Shown: positions 38,502 to 48,970 of the stretch, one piece after another
Position numbering within the stretch: the stretch's first letter is position 1
Layout: each line of letters opens with the position of its first letter
From: a virus
Reading direction: 5' to 3' (one strand)
Length of the DNA stretch: 64,000 nucleotides
Virus record (IMG/VR): IMGVR_UViG_3300037042_003533
Span: 19,700 to 83,699 of that record
The notes under the pieces: model-generated
What the model was told of the DNA's origin: nothing
The model's input: only the letters and a program-made list of their open reading frames with translations
Database searches by the model: none
Program-made: the position numbers and the translations under genes

Positions 38502-38665
38502 GAATCTTCTATTTCCTTAGTTTCTTTTTCAAGAGCTTCTTTAATCACAGCAATCAACCAGAAAGCATTTACAGGCTCCGTAAACCTAACTTCATATTCA
38601 TAACAAAGGTTGTCAGAGGTTGCTTGAAATGGGCTTGCGGATACCTCAAACAATATCTTAGCCAT
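38498..38665 (-). CDS. Small acidic hypothetical protein (55 aa)
   Basis: GAGG RBS, ATG at 38665, TGA at 38498; not in the supplied track. Confidence 0.5.
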   Translation of the reverse strand: MAKILFEVSASPFQATSDNLCYEYEVRFTEPVNAFWLIAVIKEALEKETKEIEDS

Positions 38666-38672
38666 TATTTCC

Positions 38673-38969
38673 TCACTTAGTCTTCAGAAACTTCTCCATA
38701 GCATCATGGTCAAGTAGCCGTTCAATAATCAACACACCAGAGCTGCTGATGTTAAACAGGAACCGCCAGCCCTGATTTCCCTGTGTGACATAGCCCAACC
38801 AAGCTGTTTCCATACTGTGCTTGACCTTATGGGCGCACACTGAGGGAAGTAGGGTCTTAGTCAGTACAATATTCCTAATAGCTTTGTTGAAGCGCTTCTG
38901 AATATCGTCTGGCACACGATCCCAATCTGTCCAAAATTCATCACTAAAAATAATATCTTTAATCTTCAT
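38673..38969 (-). CDS. RelE/ParE-fold toxin-like protein
   Basis: IIFSDEF..DW..VP.DIQKR, HKVK, WRFLF, IERLLDHD pattern of the RelE superfamily. Confidence 0.6.
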   Translation of the reverse strand: MKIKDIIFSDEFWTDWDRVPDDIQKRFNKAIRNIVLTKTLLPSVCAHKVKHSMETAWLGYVTQGNQGWRFLFNISSSGVLIIERLLDHDAMEKFLKTK

Positions 38970-39567
38970 TGTTATAATTCCAATCTAACCAATATAACTG
39001 AGTAGGGTACTTGTTCCGTAAGCCAGAACACCATTTTATTAACATGTATGCGGTAGCGTCTGTTCTACGATCCCCTGTGAAAGAAGGTCGCTTGCTTAGC
39101 ACCCAAACTTCTGAAGGGGGGAACTCTTTCCACAATCCCCCTCCCCTCTTTTGCCCTTCCAAGAAGTTCAGCCGCAGTAGGAAGATAATGTCACCATTTC
39201 TTCGAAGAAGGCTGTGACTCTTCCAGATAAACTCCTCTGCCAACCTGTAGGGAGGATTTCCTACAATCAAATCATAAGGCGCATTAAACTTAGATTTTTC
39301 TTCTAGGAAGTCCTGTTTGAATATTGCGTTGTAAATTTTCCCCATCTCAATTTGAGGAGATATGTCAACGCCGTCTATGTAAACTTGGGAATATATCTCT
39401 CTGGCAGCTTGCCCCCAAACACCTGTCCCACAACCTGGGTCTAGAACGTTACGAGGGGAAGTGAGTGTTGATAAATCCACCCCTGCCCGGCACAACTCAA
39501 TGGGCGTGGGGTAGTGATCGTTTTTTTCTCTAGGTCTCAAAGTTTTGGTCGTCTGAATAATAGACAT
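38959..39567 (-). CDS. N6-adenine DNA methyltransferase
   Basis: D.YPTP, VLDPGCGTG, IVGNPPY, RPSF motifs. Confidence 0.88.
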   Translation of the reverse strand: MSIIQTTKTLRPREKNDHYPTPIELCRAGVDLSTLTSPRNVLDPGCGTGVWGQAAREIYSQVYIDGVDISPQIEMGKIYNAIFKQDFLEEKSKFNAPYDLIVGNPPYRLAEEFIWKSHSLLRRNGDIIFLLRLNFLEGQKRGGGLWKEFPPSEVWVLSKRPSFTGDRRTDATAYMLIKWCSGLRNKYPTQLYWLDWNYNNED

Positions 39568-40402
39568 CGTTTAATTCCTCGCTTTCTCGGATCATAGTTA
39601 CATGTTCATCTAAAGTTATCCCCAGCATCTCCATCAGTTTATCCAGGGCTCTGTGTTTCAGTCCATAACTATCCTCAAAATACCCTTGCCAGTTCAATTC
39701 ACCTATCTCGGCTTCATTACCATTCTCGTAAGCCACCAGAACTGGCCCCTCCATCCTGAACCGTAAGCTGAGCTGGATAGGCCGATCTGCCTGCTCGTTC
39801 ACCTCGTAAACACTCTTTACCATCTGAGAAGAACTTACATGATCATCTGACATCATGGTCCACAATTGTCGGGTCATTTTACCCTGCTCAGCCAGGGGCA
39901 CTGCTACCTTCAGTTTAGCCAGGGTAGATTTGGTAGGGTCCCACTCTACTTGGGTGGTAAGGGCCCTGCCGTTCTCATCTTTCTGAATCTGCCCGGACAC
40001 ATCCCGCATGGGCACATCAATCATCCCAAAGGGTTTGACTGTGTTATTGTTGAGCAGAAAGACCCGCACGGCCCGTAGGTCAGACCGGATAGTAGATGGG
40101 CGGCGCGAATATCTTCGAAAGGCCAGAGTTAAAAAATCACCACCATATTGTGCTTTCCACTCCTCATCCAACTCGGCCCAATGATCCTCCACAATGGCTA
40201 ACAAAACAGCCTCAATAACCGAGAGGCCATTCCCTAGTCCATGTATAGTATCGAGTATCGAGATACATTCATCTCGCCATGCTACTGTAGGCTCAAAGGT
40301 GCTGTTAAATCGCAAAACATCAGATAGAACTCGTTTTGTTATTAACTCCGAACCCTGTGTGTAAAGTGCTCTACCTAAGATTTCTTTTACGTTGCGATCC
40401 AC
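39530..40402 (-). CDS. Hypothetical protein
   Basis: 290 aa ORF within the replication operon. Confidence 0.65.
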   Translation of the reverse strand: MDRNVKEILGRALYTQGSELITKRVLSDVLRFNSTFEPTVAWRDECISILDTIHGLGNGLSVIEAVLLAIVEDHWAELDEEWKAQYGGDFLTLAFRRYSRRPSTIRSDLRAVRVFLLNNNTVKPFGMIDVPMRDVSGQIQKDENGRALTTQVEWDPTKSTLAKLKVAVPLAEQGKMTRQLWTMMSDDHVSSSQMVKSVYEVNEQADRPIQLSLRFRMEGPVLVAYENGNEAEIGELNWQGYFEDSYGLKHRALDKLMEMLGITLDEHVTMIRESEELNDVYYSDDQNFET

Positions 40403-40407
40403 GATTT

Positions 40408-42159
40408 TTATACCTTATCCCAAGTTTTAGCAACCCCAGCATCTGCCGGAATAGATACATCCGGGCATATTTCGTGAGCTGCGCTTTCCATAGCCCCTAC
40501 TAAGTTATACATCACTTCATCTGCAATTTTATCAGGAGCTTCCAATACAATCTCGTCATGAATGACAAGCACGGGTTTTACACCTTCTATACCTTTATAA
40601 TACTCCCGAATCTTGATAAGCGCAAGCTTCCCGATGTCCGCCGAAGTACCCTGCACAGGGGTATTAACTGCCTGGCTTGCAAATTTCCAGTATTCATCCG
40701 GCCTTGTTCCTGTAACCTCTGGGAAGTACCGCCGCCTACCCCACAGGGTTGTAACGTAACCAGATTTAATCAAATTCTCTAACTGTTTGTCAGCATATAT
40801 CCTCATACCTGGGTAAGTAGAAAAAATCATCATACGTAACTTCTCTGCTTCGTCTTCTGTTGTACCCAGCACTGCTGCCAGTTTTGTTTTCCTCGCGCCA
40901 TAAGCACAGGCTAGAACCGCTGTCTTTACCAAGAACCTACGCTCAGAACCTTTTTCCACATCCTCATTGAACACTTGTTTGGCAATCATGGTATATACAT
41001 CACCAGATTCACAGGCTGTTCGAAGATTAGGATCACCACATATTTGAGCAAAGACCCTTGCTTCCTGTTGGCTATAATCTGCTATAATTAGATTACAGCC
41101 CTCGGCACCTTTGAAAAGGTGTCTGAAATTAGGATCACCCTCTTTAGGTCTTGGTGTCTGCTGTAAGTTGGGCCCGGAACAACTAAACCTACCGGTTTCC
41201 GCGTTTAAGGGGTTCCAAGACGGGTGAATTCTCCCAGTAACCGGGTTTACATCTTGATCATAGCCCCAACTTACTTTCTTGCGCCAGTCTTTCCATGCAA
41301 TCACCTGCCCCAGTAAATTAGCCTGCTCAGTGCCCGCGTGCTTCTCTACGTAAGCTTGGAAGGTTGCTTCACGAGTATCCTTGACGTTAATTCCATGCTT
41401 ATCCAGCAACCCCTTAAGTTGCTTCACAGAATTCAGATTGATGTCTAACTCTACCTCGCCGAAGAAAGAGGTTGCGTACCCGCAACCGGTAATCCCCATG
41501 ATACTCTTTTTTATCTCTTCTAGCCTTCGGTTAATCCACTCCATGTGGGAAGCCCACAACTCTTTATCAAACCCCACACCGGCCAGATACATATCCACCA
41601 CAGTCAGCATAGCCTTGTTCTCAAGCCCGGCAATCTTGCCCAAGCCCGCACTACTGATCTCCTTGACCTGCTGCTCTCGCAGGGCAGGGAGGTGAATAAC
41701 ATCGTTTGCAGCATAGGCTATCTGCTCCTCAGTCAGTTCCCCTCTGTGGGACATAAACTGAGACCGGGTGGATTTATCCATGTAAATGCCTAGCTGAGCC
41801 AGGCAATCATCCAGACCATGCCTCATGCCTCTTCCCGCATGAATCATACGACTCATCAGCAGGCTATCTGAGATATTGACCGGATCAGCTTCTAGCTGAT
41901 AGACAAGAAATGAAGCGTCGAATATGGCATTGTGAATTATTTTCTTCTTGGTTGGGTCATTAACCAGTCCCACTACTGACCTAAAATTACCGTCAGGCGG
42001 GATAATCCACACATCCGTGCCATCACTGACCGCAATGCTTACGATCCTATCTTGGAATGGGTTCGAGATAGAGTTGCCAGGTGTGCTGGTGGTCTCGATG
42101 TCTAACGCCACCACCCTACTCTCGATATTGGGTAAATCATGAACAACTTGTATAGTCAT
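40408..42159 (-). CDS. polA: Family A DNA polymerase (3'-5' exonuclease + polymerase, no 5' exonuclease)
   Basis: LDIET, HNAIFD, YAANDV exo motifs; TGRFSCSGPNLQQ, ADYSQQE, K...YG, NTPVQGTSAD, IHDE. Confidence 0.95.
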   Translation of the reverse strand: MTIQVVHDLPNIESRVVALDIETTSTPGNSISNPFQDRIVSIAVSDGTDVWIIPPDGNFRSVVGLVNDPTKKKIIHNAIFDASFLVYQLEADPVNISDSLLMSRMIHAGRGMRHGLDDCLAQLGIYMDKSTRSQFMSHRGELTEEQIAYAANDVIHLPALREQQVKEISSAGLGKIAGLENKAMLTVVDMYLAGVGFDKELWASHMEWINRRLEEIKKSIMGITGCGYATSFFGEVELDINLNSVKQLKGLLDKHGINVKDTREATFQAYVEKHAGTEQANLLGQVIAWKDWRKKVSWGYDQDVNPVTGRIHPSWNPLNAETGRFSCSGPNLQQTPRPKEGDPNFRHLFKGAEGCNLIIADYSQQEARVFAQICGDPNLRTACESGDVYTMIAKQVFNEDVEKGSERRFLVKTAVLACAYGARKTKLAAVLGTTEDEAEKLRMMIFSTYPGMRIYADKQLENLIKSGYVTTLWGRRRYFPEVTGTRPDEYWKFASQAVNTPVQGTSADIGKLALIKIREYYKGIEGVKPVLVIHDEIVLEAPDKIADEVMYNLVGAMESAAHEICPDVSIPADAGVAKTWDKV

Positions 42160-42193
42160 ATTCTCTCCTATAATTACACCTCATGAGTCGTAA

Positions 42194-43705
42194 TTAGAAA
42201 TCTCCAAAACTAGTATCTCTTATCGCCACCACCTTAGCAGACGTGCCATTGATGCTTTCGGTAACTTCCTTCAGGTGGTCAAACACCAAATCACTCCGAA
42301 CCAGTGGGTCTGTGTACTGAGTGCATTCAGGATTCCAGTTTAGCCTCACAGAGCCCAAACTCCCGTAACGACACTTCTGAACAAACAACGTTACATGATG
42401 CTCACTTACACCTTCTATTTGAGCATATTTCATGCCAGCAGCCTTCATATAAAGAGGATTCCAAACTTCCATAATAGAATCTGCTGCATGTTGTATAGCT
42501 TTTGAATATCTTGGGCCTCCTGGACCCGCAGGATAGATGGTTTTAGACTCCCCGCTGTATGTTGTTTGACTAATGATTGTTACATTAGCTCCTGTTACTC
42601 TGGCTAAACGTAAATGCTCGTGAATAATATGATCGAGTTTCTGTTCTTTATTGTCCCCCTTGTCACTATCAAATAACTCAATATAGTCGGCGGAACATTT
42701 CCGAACAGGCCCCCATTCTGATGTATGAAGACCCTCAGTTGCAAACTGCATGGCTGAAGTGGTTAAAAAATTTGTCTGGTCTATATAAACAGGCAAAGTA
42801 GCTACGAACTCCAGCCATTTTGATAATCTATTAAAATCCTCGTCAGATAATCCGTCTAGGTAATTAAGTTTACTAGTATCTACTCCCGCTAGTAGAGCAG
42901 CAAACCTTCCAGTAAGCCGCTCTTGTGGCATTTCTAAAGAGAACTCAGCCACACAGCCAGGAATGTTATTCATCCTAAGCCCAATAGCAATACCTAAATC
43001 ACTTTGATGCACAAGAGCACTTTTTCCCGCCCCACTCAAGCCGTGTACTACAGTTAAATCACCAGCAGCAAAAAATCCTGCTCCGATCAAACTAGGCATC
43101 CCAGAGGGTAAAAATGTCATTTGCTCCCCTCGGCGTTTCCTATTCCATATTTCTTGAACATTGTTAGCAGCTACTGATATATGTTGTAAACCCCCTGTGC
43201 TGACCTTGAGGGTATTGCGAAAGGCGGCCAGCTTTGTGTTAGCCCAACCATCTATATCATCGATGTGAAGAACTTCCTTCTCGAATCTATCCTGATTACT
43301 AAGACCATCCGCTATATCTGAAGCCTTAGCCATCAGAGCATAAGCACTGCCTACTTTGTCAATAATCTCAGCCCAATGCCGGATGGTTGGTTCATCTACA
43401 TCATACACATGGTATCTATCAGTAACCTGCCCCGCCAGTGCCTGTAAATATAGACGAATATCGTCTGATTTATCTTGTATATGTGACAAGACATTGGGTA
43501 TGTTGACGGTTGATCGGTCTACTAGATAGGTAGTCTCGATTGCCCTCCAGATGTCCCTGTGCTGGTAAGAGCCAAACTTACCATCAGTCCCATAGATATA
43601 GCGATCTGGTGTCAGAGCAGGCAGTACAAGGTTAGCTGCCTCATTGCCATAACGCAGGACGGTTCCGATTAGAAGGCTTTCTATGTCAAACGGTGTTAGA
43701 TTCAC
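42194..43705 (-). CDS. DnaB-like replicative helicase
   Basis: GLSGAGKS Walker A, FSLEM, ADYI, ISQ, AIQHAAD, KCRYG. Confidence 0.9.
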   Translation of the reverse strand: MNLTPFDIESLLIGTVLRYGNEAANLVLPALTPDRYIYGTDGKFGSYQHRDIWRAIETTYLVDRSTVNIPNVLSHIQDKSDDIRLYLQALAGQVTDRYHVYDVDEPTIRHWAEIIDKVGSAYALMAKASDIADGLSNQDRFEKEVLHIDDIDGWANTKLAAFRNTLKVSTGGLQHISVAANNVQEIWNRKRRGEQMTFLPSGMPSLIGAGFFAAGDLTVVHGLSGAGKSALVHQSDLGIAIGLRMNNIPGCVAEFSLEMPQERLTGRFAALLAGVDTSKLNYLDGLSDEDFNRLSKWLEFVATLPVYIDQTNFLTTSAMQFATEGLHTSEWGPVRKCSADYIELFDSDKGDNKEQKLDHIIHEHLRLARVTGANVTIISQTTYSGESKTIYPAGPGGPRYSKAIQHAADSIMEVWNPLYMKAAGMKYAQIEGVSEHHVTLFVQKCRYGSLGSVRLNWNPECTQYTDPLVRSDLVFDHLKEVTESINGTSAKVVAIRDTSFGDF

Positions 43706-43977
43706 TTTAATCCTGTCCCTTCAATCCAAAATTTAACCTCATCTTCAACTATCTCTTTTGCTGCTTCAATAGATGAGTATAGTTGGTATTCTAAATTAAC
43801 CCCAGGTAAGTGAACCATAGCCTGATACTTATCATCAGGTGTAACTTTCATATAATACCAACTCCACCCAACTTCTCCCACCTTAACTGTTCCTAGTATA
43901 TACTCGTATAAACACTCCCCGTTGCCACTAAATTCCGTTGGGGTATTCTGTAGATATTCAACCCATTTTAGCTTCAT
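43702..43977 (-). CDS. Hypothetical protein
   Basis: Coupled between primase and helicase genes. Confidence 0.55.
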   Translation of the reverse strand: MKLKWVEYLQNTPTEFSGNGECLYEYILGTVKVGEVGWSWYYMKVTPDDKYQAMVHLPGVNLEYQLYSSIEAAKEIVEDEVKFWIEGTGLK

Positions 43978-45221
43978 TAAAAATTTCCTTTCGCTAATGA
44001 CCAACTCTCAGCCGTCTGTAACAACACGACAGCCATAGTAGAATAAGAATGTGCTAACTCTAACTGCCTGATTAAATCCTGCCACTCAGAAGCCGTCGTC
44101 ACCTCGAAAGGGTAACTCGAAGCCACACACTGCATCTTGTGACTTACTGACCACCACTTATATCCAGTCTCTTCTAAGATAACCAGCAACTCAATTGCCT
44201 TCTCCCCCTGCCCCAGCGAGACATACTCTAAGATGTCTTTAACCGTTTGGGCATGAGCAGTGTTTTCTATGAATGGGCTTTTACTCACCTGTAACACCTC
44301 TTCTATGAATTGCTCTGCTGTATGAGCTAACCTAAAGTCCGTATAATCTTTTCCTGACTCCATCTCCGGCAAGTACCTGATCTTTGCTCCTAAAGCATTA
44401 GCCAACCTCATACTTTCAATGGTCTCACTTCTGGTATTATCAGGAACAAAGTATAGTTCCTTAATGTCCCCAATGATCCACTTTAACTCATCCAATCTCT
44501 TTGACCAGACAGTAAGACCGTTGGGGCTCACTGCCGGTATGCCGTCTTGCCCGGCCAACACACAATCTAACGTCCCCACAAAGAACACCAGGAACTCACT
44601 GTTCATGGTGTGTCTGCCAATTAACCCGGCAAACCCATGGTTGTCCAAGCTGATGTATCGGGACTTCCTTCCCTCTTTAGGTGCAAATCTAAACTGAAGG
44701 ATGTCTACCTCTGACATCCCTGGAACACCCTTCCAGAATGGTATGCTATAAGCATCCATGTCTGGCCGCCAGCCGATCTTCAGGTAATCAATCGTCTGGT
44801 CATTTAACAACCGTGCTTCTTTGAGCCACAATCTACGCGCGGTTGTAAGTTGACTATGAAAGAACTCTATCAGTTCTGGATTAACTGGCTCACGACGTAT
44901 CTTTTTTGGTACATCCTTGACCTTGGTAGCCGGGATGTAAACTTCTCCTGGCTTTCTTTCGGCTATCCCAAACCACTGAGCCAGCAGTTCAAGGGCCTTG
45001 GTGAAGTAGGCACTCTCCCGGTCAATAACAAACTGGATGATGTCACCAGTCCACCCACAGCCACCATAACAATGCCCCCCGTTGTCATAGACATGAAAAC
45101 TGGGGGTATCTTCCTTGTGAAACGGACAGCATATCTTACGAGCATGGTTAATCTTGTACCCATAGTGGCTCATCAGTTGGGGGAAATCTATACGTGCCTT
45201 TATTTCCTCTGGTTGATACAT
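43977..45221 (-). CDS. DNA primase (CHC2 zinc finger + TOPRIM)
   Basis: CPFHKEDTPSF..HCYGGCG..GD; G.LD, PDN, GKDYTD. Confidence 0.9.
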   Translation of the reverse strand: MYQPEEIKARIDFPQLMSHYGYKINHARKICCPFHKEDTPSFHVYDNGGHCYGGCGWTGDIIQFVIDRESAYFTKALELLAQWFGIAERKPGEVYIPATKVKDVPKKIRREPVNPELIEFFHSQLTTARRLWLKEARLLNDQTIDYLKIGWRPDMDAYSIPFWKGVPGMSEVDILQFRFAPKEGRKSRYISLDNHGFAGLIGRHTMNSEFLVFFVGTLDCVLAGQDGIPAVSPNGLTVWSKRLDELKWIIGDIKELYFVPDNTRSETIESMRLANALGAKIRYLPEMESGKDYTDFRLAHTAEQFIEEVLQVSKSPFIENTAHAQTVKDILEYVSLGQGEKAIELLVILEETGYKWWSVSHKMQCVASSYPFEVTTASEWQDLIRQLELAHSYSTMAVVLLQTAESWSLAKGNF

Positions 45222-45556
45222 ATCTCCTCCACCAGCTTGAAGCTACAAGGATGATTTGACGTATCCACAGCAATTTTTACTGCCCGTTTCAGCTCCCCAA
45301 CCTCATACTTCTCCATCAGTTGTTTAGCATGGTGTTGAAGAGCAGTGAAACTCAATGAGCCGATGATAGCCTTCCCAAACTTCTTCACTTCCAGAGCAAT
45401 CAGGTAATTTACTAAGTCCTTTGGTTTATAAATTCCGCCCTCATCAAACTGGTCTGAGTGAGGGTTGGAAAGTAAAACAGAGGCAGGCCCCTCTGATTGA
45501 GAGACCTGCTTGATGGTACCAAGGGACTGTGGATTGAGACGATTCCACAGTGGCAT
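45200..45556 (-). CDS. Hypothetical protein
   Basis: Coupled ORF in the replication operon. Confidence 0.55.
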   Translation of the reverse strand: MPLWNRLNPQSLGTIKQVSQSEGPASVLLSNPHSDQFDEGGIYKPKDLVNYLIALEVKKFGKAIIGSLSFTALQHHAKQLMEKYEVGELKRAVKIAVDTSNHPCSFKLVEEICINQRK

Positions 45557-45559
45557 GGC

Positions 45560-46756
45560 TTAGAACTCGCTCGTGCCTAACTTAGCCTGGATAGCATCAA
45601 TCAATGCTGATGCTTGTGTGCTGGATAGGACACCAAAATTGCGAGGCATCCCGTAGCCCAAACTATCCCAAACAGGTGCTACGTTTTCCTTACACCAACC
45701 AGCCCCCTTCTCACTCAGGTGGTAGGGGTTCTCTGGGGTGGCTTCAAAGACGTTACCGTTTATGTCTGGGTAAGCATGATCATTGATAACCTTAATCAAG
45801 TTCATGTGCATCTTGACAGTAGGCTCAGCCGCCGGAGCTGCTTTAGGTGTAACCCCAACCAGAGGAGCACCCTTAGCTGGTTTCAAATCCAGCAAATCCA
45901 TCTTGGTATAACCCTGCTCGGTTAGTTCCAACTGACAAAGGGCCTGTTTCCCACTGGCACGAGCTTTATCCACAATAACCACGATAGGATTAGCTGCCTC
46001 ATCAACCCCATAGATGCTATCCTCTGGGTCAGAAACCCATTTGTAGTCTTCCACATCAGGCCAGAAGATGCTTAAGAAGCTCCGAAGTCTGCGCTCCGGC
46101 TTATACATAGGCATATTCTTAGCTTTATTGAAAGAAGGTTCGCCGTTTTCAACCCCATTAAAAGGATTATAAAGGTTTACTAAGAAATTATTACCTGCAT
46201 AGCCAGTATCGCCCTCTATGTCCGAAACAACTTCGAACTGAAGCCTGACAACCTCATTGTTGCCCTCGAACTTGCTGTTGGGCATTGCTTGGAAAGTCAA
46301 GGGTTCAGTTTTATCCAGAGAGAAAGCATTCTTGAAAGTGATCCGATAAAATCCAGAAGGGGGTTGGAGAGCGTCAATTTTCTTGACCCACCCCTTATCA
46401 TTTGTGGCACAACGAGAACTACAATTAGCCCCGTCAATACGTGCCTGAATTTTACCGAGATATTCCGTGGTAGGTTCAACCTTCAGTCCCTCTACATTGG
46501 CTCCCAGAGCCTTTGCCAAGTTATAAAAACTTTCCTTAGTTCCTTGCCAGGCCGGAAGAGCACTGCTATTCTCTGTAATTGAAAAATGACAGCGAGCTTG
46601 AAGCTCATTGCCAACAGGAATAAAGCAGGGGTAACCTAGATCATCCTTACTGAAATAATCAGCAATACCTGTGATTGTATATGTTCCTGCGGGTAGGTTC
46701 TCAAAACTACCTTCACGAGGATCAAGCTTTGGATCACCACTATTTGCGAACGGCAT
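45560..46756 (-). CDS. Hypothetical protein, possibly ssDNA-binding/recombination
   Basis: AGGAG RBS; two LP.G.Y..I-type repeats; position in the replication operon. Confidence 0.45.
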   Translation of the reverse strand: MPFANSGDPKLDPREGSFENLPAGTYTITGIADYFSKDDLGYPCFIPVGNELQARCHFSITENSSALPAWQGTKESFYNLAKALGANVEGLKVEPTTEYLGKIQARIDGANCSSRCATNDKGWVKKIDALQPPSGFYRITFKNAFSLDKTEPLTFQAMPNSKFEGNNEVVRLQFEVVSDIEGDTGYAGNNFLVNLYNPFNGVENGEPSFNKAKNMPMYKPERRLRSFLSIFWPDVEDYKWVSDPEDSIYGVDEAANPIVVIVDKARASGKQALCQLELTEQGYTKMDLLDLKPAKGAPLVGVTPKAAPAAEPTVKMHMNLIKVINDHAYPDINGNVFEATPENPYHLSEKGAGWCKENVAPVWDSLGYGMPRNFGVLSSTQASALIDAIQAKLGTSEF

Positions 46757-46791
46757 GTTTAATTCTCCTGTTTATATGTTGTATATGTTAG

Positions 46792-47452
46792 TTAGAACGT
46801 TTGTTGATCGGTTAGTTTTGTGTATGTGTTTATGCGTATCTTTTCGTTAGCTCCTGTAACTGCCATCACAGCAAAAACAAACTCATCCAATGTGATTACC
46901 TTCAACCCTTCAACCTCTTCGGGAGGATCAGGGGGTTCCTCTCGTGTTGGCAAAGCTACCAGAACATTTCCGATAGCTGCACTGGAGAAGCTAATATTAG
47001 ACCGTCTGTCATCTGTACCAATTCTGTACCGCAAATCCGACCAGACCTGCTTAGCCTCTAGAATAACCCACCCATCAAAAGATAAGCTGATGGGTGTCAT
47101 GATCGAGGTGGTTATCTCTCCGGGTTCCATGAACTCATCCACTGCCCACCTCCTCCAACAACCAGCGCACGGCATCTGGGTGCTTACGAGCCACTTCCAC
47201 CATAGTCATAAAACACCGGCGGCTGTGCTCAGTCATGATGTGGTACCGGCTGTCTGATGTCAAAGGCTTGCCGGTGTTCTCATCGAAAAGCTGTCCCTTG
47301 CCCTCTAAATAACCCCGTCGCATGGGCCCCTGCCACTCATCTGGCATGGAGTCTATGACATCTGAGGTAAACTGGAGAAATTCCAATGGGGGAGCAGCTT
47401 CCATGTGAAGTCGTTCCTTGAGTTCTTGTATTTTCGTTCCTGACTTTTTCAT
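46792..47452 (-). CDS. Two hypothetical genes (46792-~47142, 47135-47452)
   Basis: Overlapping coupled ORFs. Confidence 0.55.
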
Positions 47453-47454
47453 GA

Positions 47455-48216
47455 TTAAAATTGACTTTCTATGTCCGCTTTATTTTGTTTGAGTTCTTTA
47501 ACATCGTTCAAGATGGTCGTTGTGCTGACCCCGAACGTCTCTGCCAATTTTGATTTATTAAGTGATTCACCACGCTCTAATTGTTCCTGAATAGCTGCTC
47601 TGCGGGTTTGCTTATCACAAACAATCCCAGGTGTCACAGAGGTTTTGTTATCCTCAGCCTTCCAAGCAACTTCTAATTCCTCGTTCCACTTAGCTAACTG
47701 TTGGTAGTATTCTACCTTAGCTTGCCTGAACTCGTCAAAATATTCTGGTATGGTCACCGACAAGTTCTCTAAATTGATGACTACCAGCACGGGGATCATC
47801 ATCCCCAGAAAGAACACCAGTACAATCTTGAGTGACTCTTCTGAGATAGCCAGTCCAACTTGCCTAATCTCGTAACTGGCATTGGTAACGATCAAGATCA
47901 GCAACAGGATAACGATGGTTATCCACTTGGCACTTGATCGTAGAAAGTTAGTAAACCACCCCTGGTTCTTGTGGGTTCCACTCAGGATAAGCCCTGCCAG
48001 TGAAAACTCCAGCGCCAGAACTGCAAAGGCGGCAATACTAGAACCGCTCTGCTCAGCAATCAGAGTAAACGTCCTGGAGGCTGAGAAAATAACCCCGCCC
48101 AGTGCGGCCAGAATGAGCAGCAACAGATCAACCCGTAAAACATAATTCCTGAGCCGGGGTTGCTCAGGGAGAGGATTGAAAGTTTTGAATTGTTCTGTGA
48201 AATTGTCTAAGCTCAT
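47455..48216 (-). CDS. Four-TM membrane protein with C-terminal HTH
   Basis: Hydrophobic helices, coiled coil, KSKLAETFGVSTTTILNDVKEL HTH. Confidence 0.75.
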   Translation of the reverse strand: MSLDNFTEQFKTFNPLPEQPRLRNYVLRVDLLLLILAALGGVIFSASRTFTLIAEQSGSSIAAFAVLALEFSLAGLILSGTHKNQGWFTNFLRSSAKWITIVILLLILIVTNASYEIRQVGLAISEESLKIVLVFFLGMMIPVLVVINLENLSVTIPEYFDEFRQAKVEYYQQLAKWNEELEVAWKAEDNKTSVTPGIVCDKQTRRAAIQEQLERGESLNKSKLAETFGVSTTTILNDVKELKQNKADIESQF

Positions 48217-48224
48217 AAGTGCCT

Positions 48225-48410
48225 TTATGCCGGATAAACGGGCGTATCCAAATCTTGTAGGTATTCAGGAATGTCATCCCAGTCGTTGGTTCCTTCTGCC
48301 CCAATTGAAGCACCTAGAGGAGTTTCTGGTTCAGTCTCGTGCCATTGACACAACGGCTTAGGGGTTAAAATTATGACTTCAGGATTTCCACAAACATAGC
48401 ACCTTAACAT
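48225..48410 (-). CDS. Small zinc-binding protein
   Basis: GAGG RBS; CYVCG...LCQWH. Confidence 0.55.
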   Translation of the reverse strand: MLRCYVCGNPEVIILTPKPLCQWHETEPETPLGASIGAEGTNDWDDIPEYLQDLDTPVYPA

Positions 48411-48430
48411 TTTGTAATCCTCAGAAGAAT

Positions 48431-48964
48431 AGTGCCCGAACTCCCTAACGAAACAAAACACACAGCACACAAGGAGTTCAATCTACTAAACGAGAGTTCG
48501 GGCACTTCGGTGCGGTACTACTACCCCATCAAACCACCTCTTGCTCGCCTAACCCGCTTCCGCACCTTGGGGCTACCAACCCCAGACCAGGCTCAGGATT
48601 TGAACCTGTTCTTCCCCCACATATGAGGGCGTGCTGCCATTACACTAAGCCCAGAAGAAAAACCACGACGGTGCCGGTATACCGGACATTTAACTCGCCT
48701 GTAAAGTAAGGTTGCCGTCCCAACCTGGCTCTTACATTTGCTGGACTGGTGGAGCAGACCAGCGATATAAATATACTACAGTCTTTCAGTCTGACCTTAG
48801 CTTCAACCCTTCCCATGCTCCCTCATTGTGAGGTCTAACGCAATCCAGTCGGCTAAGGAAAAACTGTCTATAATAAGGGGCATGTCGGTGACACTATAGA
48901 AATCATCTCACATGCTATGTTTATCCGAGGTCTTCTTGTTTCGACCATTCGCTGCCCCGTTCTT
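48431..48964 (-). ncRNA. Candidate structured non-coding RNA block / long leader
   Basis: ~530 nt without a credible ORF, downstream of a promoter, made of successive stems. Confidence 0.45.
48586..48654 (-). tRNA. Degenerate tRNA-like cloverleaf (pseudo-tRNA, anticodon not assignable)
   Basis: Acceptor CTGGGCT/AGCCTGG, TA-GTGT-AATGGCA-GCAC D arm, CAGG-TTCAAAT-CCTG T arm; 6-nt anticodon loop, 4-bp T stem, no CCA. Confidence 0.55.
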
Positions 48965-48970
48965 AACTTC

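Noticed and set aside
48570-48960. tmRNA (starts GGGGC..., has a T-loop ~360 nt downstream)
   Set aside because: The 5' GGGGCA pairs locally at 48877, and the T arm is not followed by a matching acceptor strand or CCA
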